A stretch of DNA of 64,000 nucleotides from Antedon mediterranea (lineage: Eukaryota; Animalia; Echinodermata). A program made the position numbers and the translations under genes. Location: the NCBI RefSeq assembly GCF_964355755.1, contig NC_092676.1:26740871-26804870 (forward strand), given 5' to 3'. The notes beneath the pieces were generated by a model. That model saw only the letters and a list, made by a program, of their open reading frames with translations. It had not been told where the DNA came from and did no database searches. Shown here piece after piece: positions 49,760-61,697 of the stretch. Position 1 is the stretch's first letter. Each line of letters opens with the position of its first letter.

Positions 49760-50720
49760 GGTTGACTAAAAAATAAAACATTAAATAAAACATATAAAGT
49801 CCATAATTTTTATTTTAATATTTAAAATGTGCTTGTGCTTTAAGAGCAGGTGAAGATCAGAAAGAAAGTTCTTCTTTTTTTTTTTTACCATAATTAAAAA
49901 CGCAAGTCAGTGAAATTTATCTGTAAGTTCAGCCTATTGCAATTTTCTATGACTTTGGAGTAAAAAAAATCTACAGATTTGAATTGTTGAGCTAATATAA
50001 ATGCAATTATCACTTTCTTGGATTTGTGGCTGTCATTAATTTTATTTCCCATAAGTACAACAGTTATTTACATAAATAAAATGACAACAATGTGTTAAAA
50101 GAGATCAAAATATGTAAAAATTGATTTAAGCATTGACCACCTAAGCAGTAGTAAACTATTTATATATAATGACAATTGAATTGTTTTTCAGTTCCAAGCT
50201 AACTGATATAGCAATATATAAAATCTAAATTAATTTAGCTTCTTTTACAGGAAAAAAACTTTACCTTAGGTTTCTTTCCAACTTGATCTTTTGGCTGAGA
50301 TTTTCTAAACATTTCTGCTCACCTATGGTTAAATTTCTCCTATAAATACAATTGTGTTTGCATAAATAACTTATTAATAACTCAACTACCTTCATTTTTC
50401 AACTCTATTTGTTTTAAAAAGTTTTTTAATTTGCTTTGTGGATGAATTAGCAATTATAAAAAGGGTATTGTGAAACTTTGAAAATAATCCCATGGTCTTA
50501 AATCCCTTTTAATTTAACTATTGTTTTTGAGAGTAATATATTGTAGTATAAATGTGGCGTTGGTTTGTATATTAAACATATTTTAAGTTTTACTAAAGTA
50601 AGTTTTCAAAACTCCCAAGAGTTTTGTAATACCCTTTTATTTTACAAATGCAGTTATGTTGGAAATTATTAACCTGACTGCCATAAATTTTCAACTGTCT
50701 AATAATAGTTTGTTTTAAAT

Positions 50721-51472
50721 TATTATTGGTTATCGCACTTATATTCCCCTTGTTATTGTCAGGATCTTTTTTTTTATTTTTCTATGTTCTTCTTTCTTTC
50801 CACGAATTTTGTTGCGCGTGTATCTCTAAATCTTCTCAACATAACATTGTATAACTTAATCAGAAGATTGACCTCTATCTGAAGATGTCGTAATAAGGTT
50901 TTCAGTCTTGTCCGAGTTGCGCAGCGTAAGTTACACGCGATTTTATGAATTTCAATGATTGATCATAGATTAAAAACTAAAAGTCATTTTGTATTGACAC
51001 TTGCTGAAAATTTAACTCACTCAAAATTGATTAGAAATTAATTTTGCGCATTTTGAAATTTTAAATGCGCGTGCGCGCGTAACTTCTTGTGAAACATGCC
51101 ATTTTTAATCCGTAGAAAGTTTGCCCCTGATATGACTTAAATTTTGTCAAAGTGTCAATACTAAATGACTTTTGGTTTTTAATCTATGTTCAATCATTGA
51201 AATTCATAAAATTGCGCGTAAGTCACGTTGCGCAACTATGACGTCATTCAAAAATAGGAGGTGCACAACTTCACGTAAATGCCCATATGTTGTCAAAGTT
51301 ATGAAATGTTATGTTTACACATTTTAGAGAAACGCGATCCACAAAAAGGAAGGATGGAAACGAGAATAATACAGAAAAAAAATGTTGATCTCATACAATA
51401 ACAAGGAGTTATCCGCTTGGTATACCAAGCGGATAACTAATTATCCGCTTGGTATACCAAGCGGATAACTAA
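50721..51472 (+). mobile_element. Helentron/DINE-like non-autonomous element
   Basis: Subterminal IR CCTTGTTATTGT/ACAATAACAAGG; 3' palindrome AGTTATCCGCTTGGTATACCAAGCGGATAACT (duplicated); ~90-bp internal IR; absent from the paralogous site at ~56270-56305. Confidence 0.7.
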
Positions 51473-51690
51473 TAATGTGCAGTCCTTTATATTAGCTTTA
51501 GAATTCAAGTATTTTCTCTACCATTATAAAATAGCTAAAACTAATTGTGATGGAATGATTGCATTGTATAATTGTTTATTAATTATTATTAAAGTAAAAC
51601 AAAAACTTGTCTGAAGTTTGTCTCCTTCAATGTTTAAACTAGTTCAAACCAGTTTGCACTACAACAAAACTTCCCTTCTCTTTGACTTAA

Positions 51691-52292
51691 AGACCCCTTC
51701 CCTGCAAATTTGGACGTTTTTTGGAAAATAATACATATATATCACTTTAAAAACATTAAACCATGTCATTTTTTGTCTTAAATGTACGTTTTATGGTAAA
51801 TTATGATAAAAAGTGAGAAACAATGCACTACCTAAGTAGCTCCCGGCGATCGACCTCTCGTGGACGGTCTTAGGCCTAGCCTAGCCTAGGCTTAGTTTTG
51901 TAGGCCTAGCTGGTAAACATCGGTAACGTACGAACATCGTACGCTAGCTATATACCTAGCCTGACGTTGTATAGTTGCTGCATTAATTGTCTTTCTATTT
52001 TTGCAAAACCCGGTATTTTCGCTGAAAAGTTAGGAGTCTTTCATTAGTTTTGGCCTCACGATCGATCGAAAAGTGGGCGAATTACAGGTGAAAAACAAAA
52101 ATATCAATCCGCGCGCAATGCATTTTGGGATTTATAGCGGGCCGCTATAATTATTAGAATCGACTTATTTTTCACATTTGTAACCGTTTAAAGACGAACA
52201 AAGTTATCGCAATAGGACCATATAGTATTATTTTTACATTAAATATAGTTTGTGATCTTAAATTAGATCTAAAAAACGTAGGGAAGGGGGCT
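51691..52292. mobile_element. Non-autonomous TTAA-targeting DNA transposon (Kolobok-like), 602 bp
   Basis: TTAA|AGACCCCTTCCCTGC ... GTAGGGAAGGGGGCT|TTAA; empty paralogous site TTTGACTTTAAATTTATC at ~56517-56534. Confidence 0.88.
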
Positions 52293-53754
52293 TTAAAATT
52301 TATCCAACTTTACTTATTCTTGACCGCTTGACTAACAAATTGTGCTAATAACTTACAGTAAACTCCCAAGAGAATGAACCTATTGATTCCCCCTCTCACC
52401 CCATCATTTTAATCTTACCTGTAAAACTGTTGTCCTAGAAGGAATATTCTTCTGTGTGCAAGTCCAATTCCAACTACCAGAGTAGAAGACTTACTTTCAC
52501 TGTTGCTTAAAATTAAAATGGGATCAATATAAATCTTGATGGATTGTGTTATAAAAAGTTGTTTTGTTAACTTTTATAAGCATGGTATAATAGTTACTCT
52601 CTAATTTGACACAACAGTTAGAAATCTTCTTTATTTAATGAATATGCCCATTAACCAATCAACGAGTCTCTTGGAGGTCTGTAATGTATTGTTATAGCCT
52701 GTATCAGGGCAATCTTTGGTTAAATTCGTTGATTGCTTTTAATCATCTTAGCATTGTAGTTTTTTTTTTCTTGCAGTAAATATACTTTAATGGAACAGGG
52801 TCGGTGGAGCGCACCCTCTTTTGTTTTCCATTTCATAAATTCTCTTAGTATTTCATTGTTGCAAGTTAAGAGCTCTACTTACATATCCATGTAATCTTTG
52901 GTATATATTGTGTAAATTCGTTGAGTGCTTTTAATCATCTCAGCATTGTAGTTTCTTCTTTTTATTTTATTTTTTTTGCAGTAAATATACCTTAATGGAA
53001 CAGGGTCAGCAAAGCTCACCATCTTTTGTTTGACCACTCTTTCATAAATCCTCTTCACATTTCATATTTTTTAAGTTAAGGCATCTACTTACCAAGCGAC
53101 TATAAATCCTTTTAATTGCCAACCATTATCTGCTTTTCCATAATGTTCATGTATGTACATATTGTGTTTTTTTTTACTAGGTTTATCAAGTATAAAATAT
53201 ATATTATAATAATTTGATATTTTGTAAATTGTATTGTATTGTAATTGTAAATACGAACACTTTAGAAATATTTGCAAATCAACCATTAAGCCGCAGAACT
53301 TTTGAAATTAGTAAGGTTGTTTTAGGTGCTAAAAAATTTACTACATCACTATACTAATTATAAATGAATTTAATCACTACAAATGCAAACAACATTTAAT
53401 TGTGCTTTAGACAAAAATAAACCACGTCACCAAAAGCGCTATAAATGAATTTAACTTTAATAACTCTATTAATTATTTAGTTACTACAAATGCAAACAAA
53501 ATCATTGTGCAAAACCACTTAAGAACTATAAATGAATTTAACTTATTCCTCTATTACTGTAACTATTTAGTTACTACAGATGCAAAGAAATCAAACTGTT
53601 GGTTAGGAACTTCTATTAGAGAACCATTTATAATCAATCACTAAAATAAATTTTATTCCATCAAAATTAAACATTAGGTTAAAGTATATCATCAGAAGTT
53701 GTGGAAAAGGGAACTCAAAATAAGCTTAATCCCCATTAGTAGTCATGTTTTCCC

Positions 53755-55434
53755 TTATTTTTTTTTATTCATTTCATCATTCATAGCTGGGATAAGACCA
53801 TCTCTAAACGCAATGTCAAGAAGCTCTTGACTACTTTCAACTTTGGGATGTTGTCTTCCAGCCCAAATCAAGAAGTGTCTAAACTCAAACCAGTCAATCA
53901 TGCCATCTTGGTCCATATCCATAGCTTTCAAGCCTTGTTGGCTGTCTTCGCAGCGATAGCAACCAAAGTACGGCGCCATAAAGCCATTATAGAAATGGTC
54001 AAAGGTCAGTTGGTTATCTACCCTGCTGCCACCTCTTCCGTCCCATTCATCCCAAGATTCCTTAATCTCATCTATGAGTGTGTTGATGAAGGAAGAGTTC
54101 TTGGTACCCTCTGCAATAACGTCGGCCATCTCTTTTGTCAACTTCCCACCAGCTTGATCAAACAACATGGCAAGTCCTACTTTACTGTTATATTCTTCCT
54201 TTCTGCCATCTGAAACATTTTTCAACATCTGCTCCTTCATCTTTCCTGCCATTTCAAGTGTAAATTGTGGATCTTCTCCAAACACATCTTTGAGTTTCAT
54301 CAGTACCATATCTGCATTCGCCATGTTTGTAATTCGAACTTCTTGTTTCATTCCAAAGAAATCGGCCATGTTGAATCCCCCCTGGGCTGTGGGATCTGAG
54401 AAAATGAATCCAAACACCAAGTCAGTTGCCCTTTCACCGTAGATTGGTTGCTTAGGATTTGGCTTTTTACCACCAGTGGCAGCTTTGGTGACCCTGATAG
54501 CTGCTTTTCTGAGATATTTGCAGTTGTATTGCTTCAAGACTTTTGTGTTTCCAAGTCTGATCAGATTCAAAATGGCAGTACAAGTATCGGCATGGCCAAG
54601 TGCAGCGCCCTCTATGCATAAGCCTGCCCACACACCTGTAGCTCCTGATGCAAGGACTTCCAGGTTAGCTGCATGCATTAAACCCCACTGCTCATGCTGG
54701 TGGAACAAAAGTTGTCCATCTTTCCATCCACATCTTTTCATCTCTTTCTTGATAGCAAGTGTCCAAGCTCCTAGCTGCTCTGGCAGTACTGCACCAAGAT
54801 CTTCAAATGCTAAACCAAGAATTCTTTCTTCCTTAGGAAGACTGGAGAGATAGTTGACAACATGTCTGACACGTTCAGGATACTTCATCATGGTTGTGGA
54901 CAAATCTCTAAAGTTGAGCAAAATCAGTGAATCTTTGGAAATATTTGCTCGAATCCAGTCAATCTTTTTTTTCAAATACTTGCAAACTTCATCCATGTTC
55001 ATCTTATTATAATCAATCTTATAATACATCAGATCAAACTCAATGAACACGTTCTTTATGCCAAACTCTTTACATTTCAACATTCCAATTGGGATGTCAG
55101 GCTGCGGAACTTTATCAACAATCTTCTCCCACAGTTCTGAGAAGGCAAATGCCTTGGACAGGTCTTCACCTTGTGCAATAAGTTCCTTCAAGAACAGATC
55201 TCCAATTCTTGTCTGATGGTTGAAAGATTCCACGATGAAGTACTTGAACCCACATTTCTTAATTTCTTCATAGATTGCCCGCTTGTTCTCGATAGTGTGC
55301 GCCTTTAGAGTAGCTACGGTTGTCTCTCGCAAAGAGATGTCGAGAACAAACAGTTCCAAGTTCTTCAATCTCTCTTTGTCCTTGTTAACTGCGGACATTT
55401 TCTTTTCAATGTCGGAGTAAAATGGTAAACTCAT
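53755..55434 (-). CDS. DRE-TIM metallolyase-like + EF-hand protein, copy 3 (559 aa)
   Basis: Closest to copy 2; first motif reads LDISLRE. Confidence 0.9.
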   Translation of the reverse strand: MSLPFYSDIEKKMSAVNKDKERLKNLELFVLDISLRETTVATLKAHTIENKRAIYEEIKKCGFKYFIVESFNHQTRIGDLFLKELIAQGEDLSKAFAFSELWEKIVDKVPQPDIPIGMLKCKEFGIKNVFIEFDLMYYKIDYNKMNMDEVCKYLKKKIDWIRANISKDSLILLNFRDLSTTMMKYPERVRHVVNYLSSLPKEERILGLAFEDLGAVLPEQLGAWTLAIKKEMKRCGWKDGQLLFHQHEQWGLMHAANLEVLASGATGVWAGLCIEGAALGHADTCTAILNLIRLGNTKVLKQYNCKYLRKAAIRVTKAATGGKKPNPKQPIYGERATDLVFGFIFSDPTAQGGFNMADFFGMKQEVRITNMANADMVLMKLKDVFGEDPQFTLEMAGKMKEQMLKNVSDGRKEEYNSKVGLAMLFDQAGGKLTKEMADVIAEGTKNSSFINTLIDEIKESWDEWDGRGGSRVDNQLTFDHFYNGFMAPYFGCYRCEDSQQGLKAMDMDQDGMIDWFEFRHFLIWAGRQHPKVESSQELLDIAFRDGLIPAMNDEMNKKK

Positions 55435-58400
55435 GGTTGACTGAAAAATAAAATATAAATTCCATAATTTTTATTTTAATAAAACATGCTTGTGCTTTAA
55501 GAGCAGGTGAAGTGCCCCTCACCCTTATTTATTTTTATAAAACCATAATTAAAAATGCAAGTCAGTGAAATTAATCTGGAAGTATTGCAATTTTCTTTGA
55601 CTTTGGAATAAAAAAAATTTACAGATTTGAATTGTTGAAATAATAAAAATGCAATTATCACTTTCTTGGATTTGTGTTTGTCATTAATTTTATTTTCCAT
55701 AAGTACAAAAGCTATAAATAAAATGACAATGTGTGAAAAGAGATCAAAATAAGTAAAAATTGACCACCTAAGCAGTAGTAAACTATTTATATATAATGAC
55801 AATTGAATTGTTTTTCAGTTCCAAGCTAACTGATATAGCAATATATAAAATCTAAATTAATTTTGCTTCTTTTACAGGAAAAAATGTGCTCACCTTCTGC
55901 CTATGATTAAATTTCTGCTATAAATAAAATTATATTCATATAATAACTTTATTAATAACTCAACTACCTTCAATTTTCAACTCTATTTGTTTTAAAAAGT
56001 CAAGTTTTTTTTATTTGCTTTGTGGATGAATTAGCAACATTATAAAAAGGGTGTTGTGAAACTTTGAAAATAATCCCATGGGCTTAAATCTCTTTCTAAT
56101 TAATTATTGTTTTTCAGAGCAATATATTGTTACTGAAGTAAGTTTTCAAAACCAACAACTCCAAAAAGTATTTTTTTAATACCCTTTTATTTTACAAATT
56201 GAGTTAGGTTGGAAATTATTAACCTGATTGCCATCAATTTTCAACTCTGTCTAACAATTGTTTTAAAGTATTCTGTTATTTGAAAAGGGTAAAAATAATT
56301 AGAAATAATGTGCAGTCCTTTAGCTTTAGAACTCAAGTCTTTTCTCTACCAGTATAAAATAGCTGTTTAAAACTAATTGTGATGGAAATGATTTTAAAAG
56401 CATTGTATAATTGTTTATTAATTATTAAAGTAAAACACAAACTTGTCTGAAGTTTGTCTCCTTCAATGTTTAAACTAGTTCAAACCAGTTTGCACTAAAA
56501 CAAAATTTCCCTTCTCTTTGACTTTAAATTTATCTAACTTTACTTATTCTTGACCGCTTGACCAACAAATTGTGCTAATACCAACAGAATGAACCAATGG
56601 ATTCCCCATCTTTTTAATCTTACCTGTAAATAAACTGTTGTCCTAGAAGGAATATTCTTCTGAAGTGCAATTTCTTATGTTTGATGACCAAGCACCAGAG
56701 TAGAAAATTTAAAGTGGATCAATATAAATCTTGATGGATTGTGTTATAAAAAGTTGTTTTTTCTTTCTTTTATAAGCATGGTATAATAGACAGGAAATCT
56801 TCTTTAATGTTTTAATGTCCATTAACCAATCAACGAGTCTCTTGGAGGTCTGTCATTAGTGTTATAGTCTGTATCAAGGCAATCTTTGGTCATATTGTAT
56901 AAATTCGCTTTTAAATGCTTTTAATCATCTTAGCATTGTAGTTTCTTTCTTTTTCTTTTTCTCGGCAGAGAGCACCCTCTTTTGTTTGACCATTCTTTCA
57001 GAAATTCCCTTGATATTTCTTTTTTTCAAGTTAAGACCTCTACTTATCCATGTAATCTTTGGTCTATATTGTGTAAATTTGTTAAGTTCTTTTAATCATC
57101 TCAGCATTGTAGTTTCTTCTTTTTATTTTATTTTTCTTGCAGCAAATATACCTTAATGGAACAGGGTCGGCGGAGCGCACCCTTTTTTGTTTGACCATTC
57201 TTTCATAAATCCTCTTGATATTTCATTTTTCCAAGCTAAGACCTCCATTTACCAGGTGACTATAAATCCTTTTAATTGCCAACCATTGTCTGCTGTTCCA
57301 TAATGTGCATGTATGTACATATTGTGTTTTTATTACTAGGTTTATCAAGTATAAAATATGTATGGATACCACACGCAATAATTATATTATCATAATGATT
57401 TGATATTTTTGTATAATGTGTAATGTAAAAACAAATGCTTAGAAATATTTGCAAATCAACCATTAAGCCGCAGACCTTTTGAAATTAAGAAGGTTGTTTT
57501 TAAAGTCTTTTGCACCTACAGTAACTGAGCCTAAGACTTCACGGTTACTCACCATCACAGCCGCGCAGCATTAAAGCTAGAGAAGTTGAGGTGCGAAAGT
57601 GTAGTAGCACCATACAAAATCAACTAGTTTATTGATTGAGATTCCAGAATCAAGAAACATTTTGTATTCCTCCAGTCCACACATAGTAGAGTATTATAAA
57701 TTAAGTTGTTTTAAATTTCAATGTAAATTGGCTAGATGCCTCTAAAGTTGAATTGAATAGAAAGGAAAGGATACAATATAACATGTGTTCAGTTTTTATA
57801 CAATATTTCATTTATTGTGTAATACGGTAACCCAAGTGAAATTTTCCAAATAATAATAAATTTAATATTCTTTAGCTTTTATATTATGACTATATTTTGA
57901 AAAAACAAAGTTAATATAATTGCAATCTTTGTTAGGTTAACATAAAATATATGAGAAAAAAAAATTAGTCAAAAATGAATTGCCATCATTGGCGGATTCA
58001 GGATTTCAAAATAATATACTTTTAAAAAAAATCAACCATAAAAACTGAATAATGATGAATATATCCTAATTTGACCATTTAAATACAAAATAGTATTTAT
58101 TCTAATGTATTATATTTATAAAATAATAATTGTTTTGTTTTGCAATGTCTATCGGTGAAGGATTTAAAAAGAAGGCCAAGAAAATAAAATAAGAATAATA
58201 TTTACAGTTAGACAGCCAAAAAAAATTATCTTTACTTTAAAGTTTAAATAAATATGTAAATAATTTAATACTTATGTTAGAACAAGTATAGTTATTAGGC
58301 AAATGTAAACAGAACAAGTATAATTATTAGACAATGTAAACAAAGTGTTTTACATTGTTTTATTAGGCAGTAAGGGAAATATATTTTCAGAAAGTACGAT

Positions 58401-58439
58401 GAGATGACAGAAATAAAAACAAGTGCTGCAGCTTCTATT

Positions 58440-60188
58440 TTATTCTGAGTTTGCAGCCTTATTTTTATTTCTGTCCATTTCATCCTTCATAGCTGGAATA
58501 AGACCATCCCTAAACGCGATGTCGAGCAGCTCCTGACTTGTTTTAATTTCAGGATGTTGTCGCCCAGCCCATATCAGGAAGTGTTTAAACTCAAACCAGT
58601 CAATCATGCCATCTTGGTCCATATCCAAAGCTCTCAAGCCCAATTGACTGTCTTCGCAGCGATAGCATCCAAAGTACGGCGCCATGAAACCAATATAGAA
58701 GTTGTCAAAGGTCAGTTGGTCATCCACCACACCATCTCTTCCGTCCCATTCATTCCAGGTTTCCTTGATCTCTTCAATAAGAGTGTTGATATGAGGCAAA
58801 TTCTTATTACCTTCAGCAATGATTCCTGCCATCTTTTCAGTCAGTTTCCCGCCAGCCTGATCAAACAACATGGAAAGCCCTAACTCACTGTTATACTCTT
58901 CCTTTCTGCCATCCGCAGCATTTTGTACAATCTGTTGTTTCATCTGTCCAGCAATCTCCAGCGTGAACTGTGGGTCTTCTCCAAAAACATCATTTAATTT
59001 CATCAGAATCATTTCTTCATTTGCCATAGTTGTGATTCTAACTTCACGCTCTACTCCCAAGAATTCTGCCATGTCAAATCCACCATTTGCCGTGGGGTCC
59101 GAAAAGATGAAACCATATACCAAGTCGGTTGCTCTGTCACCATAAATCGGTTGCTTAGGGTTTGGCTTCATACCAGTGACAGCTTTGGTAACATTGATGG
59201 CTGCCTGCCTAACATATGGACAGTTATATTGCTCCATAACAGTCTTGTTTCCAAGTCTGATAAGGTTTAGAATGGCTGTACAGCTATCAGCATGACCAAG
59301 TGCAGCGCCCTCTATGCATAAGCCTGCCCACATCCCAGTAGCGCCTGCTCCAAGTGCTTTTAGGTTAGCTGAATGCATTAAACCCCACTGCTCGTGCTGA
59401 TGGAACAAGAGTTGTCCATCTTTCCATCCACATCTTTCCATCTCCTTTTTCATAGCATTTATCCATGCAGCTAACTGTTCTGGCATACCAGCACCGAGAT
59501 CTTCAACTGCTAAACCAAAGATTCTTTCTTCTTTCTGAAGGCTGGACAGGTAGTTGATGACATGTCCAACACGTTCTGGATACTGAATCATTGATGTTGT
59601 GAAATCTCGGAAGTTGATCACAATCATAGAATCTTTGGAAAGATTAGCTCGAATCCAGTCGATTCTCTCCTTTAACAACTTGCAAACTTCATCCATGTTC
59701 ATCTTATTATAATCAATCTTATAATACATCAGGTCAATCTCAAGGAACACGTTCTTTATGCCAAACTCTTTACATTTCAACATTCCAATTGGGATGTCAG
59801 GCTGAGGAACTTTATCCACAATCTTCTCCCACACTTCAGAGAAGGCAAATGCCTTGGACAGGTCTTCACCCTGGGCAATAAGTTCCTTCAAGAACAGATC
59901 TCCAATTCTTGTCTGATGGATGAAAGATTCCACCATGAAGTATTTGAATCCACATTTCTTAATTTCTTCATAGATTGCCCGCTTGTTCTCGATAGTGTGT
60001 GCTCTAAGAGAAGCTACGGTTGTCTCTCGCAAAGAGTTGTCAAGAACAAACAGTTCCATGGTCTTCAGCCGCTCAAGCTCCACATTTACCTCATGCATGC
60101 CTTTTTTAACATCTGAACAAAACGTCGGTTTTAGCGATGATATGGAACGTTGAAGTTTTTTCTCCAACTTGCTGAGAATTTCGCTCAT
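58440..60188 (-). CDS. DRE-TIM metallolyase-like + EF-hand protein, copy 4 (582 aa, most divergent, longer N-terminus)
   Basis: Same motifs; acceptor TTTTTATAG|AAAATCATG just upstream. Confidence 0.9.
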   Translation of the reverse strand: MSEILSKLEKKLQRSISSLKPTFCSDVKKGMHEVNVELERLKTMELFVLDNSLRETTVASLRAHTIENKRAIYEEIKKCGFKYFMVESFIHQTRIGDLFLKELIAQGEDLSKAFAFSEVWEKIVDKVPQPDIPIGMLKCKEFGIKNVFLEIDLMYYKIDYNKMNMDEVCKLLKERIDWIRANLSKDSMIVINFRDFTTSMIQYPERVGHVINYLSSLQKEERIFGLAVEDLGAGMPEQLAAWINAMKKEMERCGWKDGQLLFHQHEQWGLMHSANLKALGAGATGMWAGLCIEGAALGHADSCTAILNLIRLGNKTVMEQYNCPYVRQAAINVTKAVTGMKPNPKQPIYGDRATDLVYGFIFSDPTANGGFDMAEFLGVEREVRITTMANEEMILMKLNDVFGEDPQFTLEIAGQMKQQIVQNAADGRKEEYNSELGLSMLFDQAGGKLTEKMAGIIAEGNKNLPHINTLIEEIKETWNEWDGRDGVVDDQLTFDNFYIGFMAPYFGCYRCEDSQLGLRALDMDQDGMIDWFEFKHFLIWAGRQHPEIKTSQELLDIAFRDGLIPAMKDEMDRNKNKAANSE

Positions 60189-61407
60189 GATTTTCTATAA
60201 AAAAAAATAGAGGGCATATTTAAAATAATCTTGAAATCGGAGACCTTTTGTAGGCAAGGGCTGAAAAAGGATAAATTTAACAATCATGGCTACAATCACT
60301 TTTAAGATCAGTAGCAATACACTTGCTGCAGTGCAAACTTCATATAAATTAAAACGTGGATATGTGCGCTCTATAAATCTTATTATTATTATTATCATCA
60401 TTTTAAACTTTGAACAGTGATCCTTAAATCAGTGGCTACATACTTTGCCAAAAAATTAAAAAAGGAAAAATAAACCATGCTAGGGCACACATGTGTGTTC
60501 TTCTTTGGAAATTGATTCATAAATAGGAAGGAAAAAATGTAGTATGCCCTACGCGAGACGACTGTGTTTGCTGTTCAGATTTGTTTTCTTAAATTAAAAT
60601 GGTCACTATTACCACTGTCACCAGAAGACTGGTAAATGTAATGTAATCCTGCCGTGTCTTCTTTTAAACACTTATCACCTGAAATGTTGACATGTACAAT
60701 AGTCTTAACGTGTAGAAAATAAATATAAAATTTTTATTGTTACCTTTCTTTTGGAAAAATTGCAGTACCAAGCTAGTATGATGAACAGAGTACATTAAAT
60801 GGAAATGTATTGGAAGCAATTGGGCCCTACCTTAACAAGCGAAAACAGACTATTGGTTCATTTCACTTCAATTAACCGGTCGTCTTCGTTATGGCAAGTT
60901 TTGTTTTATGTGTGAATTGGAATTAGTGAAGCAATAATAAATGTATATGTACGACTTAATCTTTTGTATTAGCAACTGAAAGTGACTTTTTATGCTAGAT
61001 TAATCGTAATTCAAGTATTTGTCTTTTGTGATCTCCGTGATGCATGAAAGCTATTCCGTAGTGGTATTTGTATTAGAATTATAAGATTGTTATGTTAATC
61101 CTATATCTATACCACTCTGGGCCACTATTGTTATAATTATTTCAGCCCGATATTGTCACTAAAAATGGTATAATGGCGCCCTTGTGGTAAAACTGAAATG
61201 TCAAGTGACAGGGTCATGAGAAGTTGTAGAAACTTGTTTCAAAAGGTGATGTGACTGTTATGGAATTATAATAGCAAAACAAAAATTATAATAGTAAAAA
61301 AAAAATTATAATAGCAAAAAAAAAAAAGAAAGCGTCAAATTTAGAATAGGGGCTGAATGATCTTTTAAAAATCTTTTATAAAAGAACACACAGAGTTCAT
61401 TTGAATG

Positions 61408-61561
61408 CAGGGGCAGATTCAAGGGGGTCCATCCGGCCCGGGCCTCCTCTAAATTTCGCAAATTGAAATGCAAAAGATGGACATACAAATTAAATTCAGC
61501 ACGTTATTTCACTATTTTAAGGCCCTGGGCCCCCTATTTCAAAATCCTGGATCCGCCACTG
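61408..61561. mobile_element. hAT-type MITE-like element
   Basis: CAGGGGCAGATTCA ... TGGATCCGCCACTG termini; no clear TSD. Confidence 0.6.
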
Positions 61562-61697
61562 GTATGCAATCCTAAAAGATACCTACAGTAAACCACCCTT
61601 TGTAATACTTGGCGCTCCATACATGCTCATCATGTTAGCATTTTTTCCTAATATTTCATTATTATATCAATATAATAACAATTATTGTATACATTAA

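Larger units (their letters stand above)
47800..57500 (-). repeat. Head-to-tail segmental duplication: unit ~47800-53325 and unit ~53378-57500
   Basis: 3' flanks, CDS, 5' introns and promoters are colinear (e.g. CCATTAAGCCGCAGA...AAGGTTGTTTT at ~53283 and ~57460). Most of the size difference is explained by two TE insertions. Confidence 0.92.

Noticed and set aside
41687-59145. Recurrent + strand ORFs (MASPTLLLYSS..., MAALVTLIAAF...)
   Set aside because: Antisense shadows of the conserved enzyme genes; they recur only because the sense gene is duplicated.
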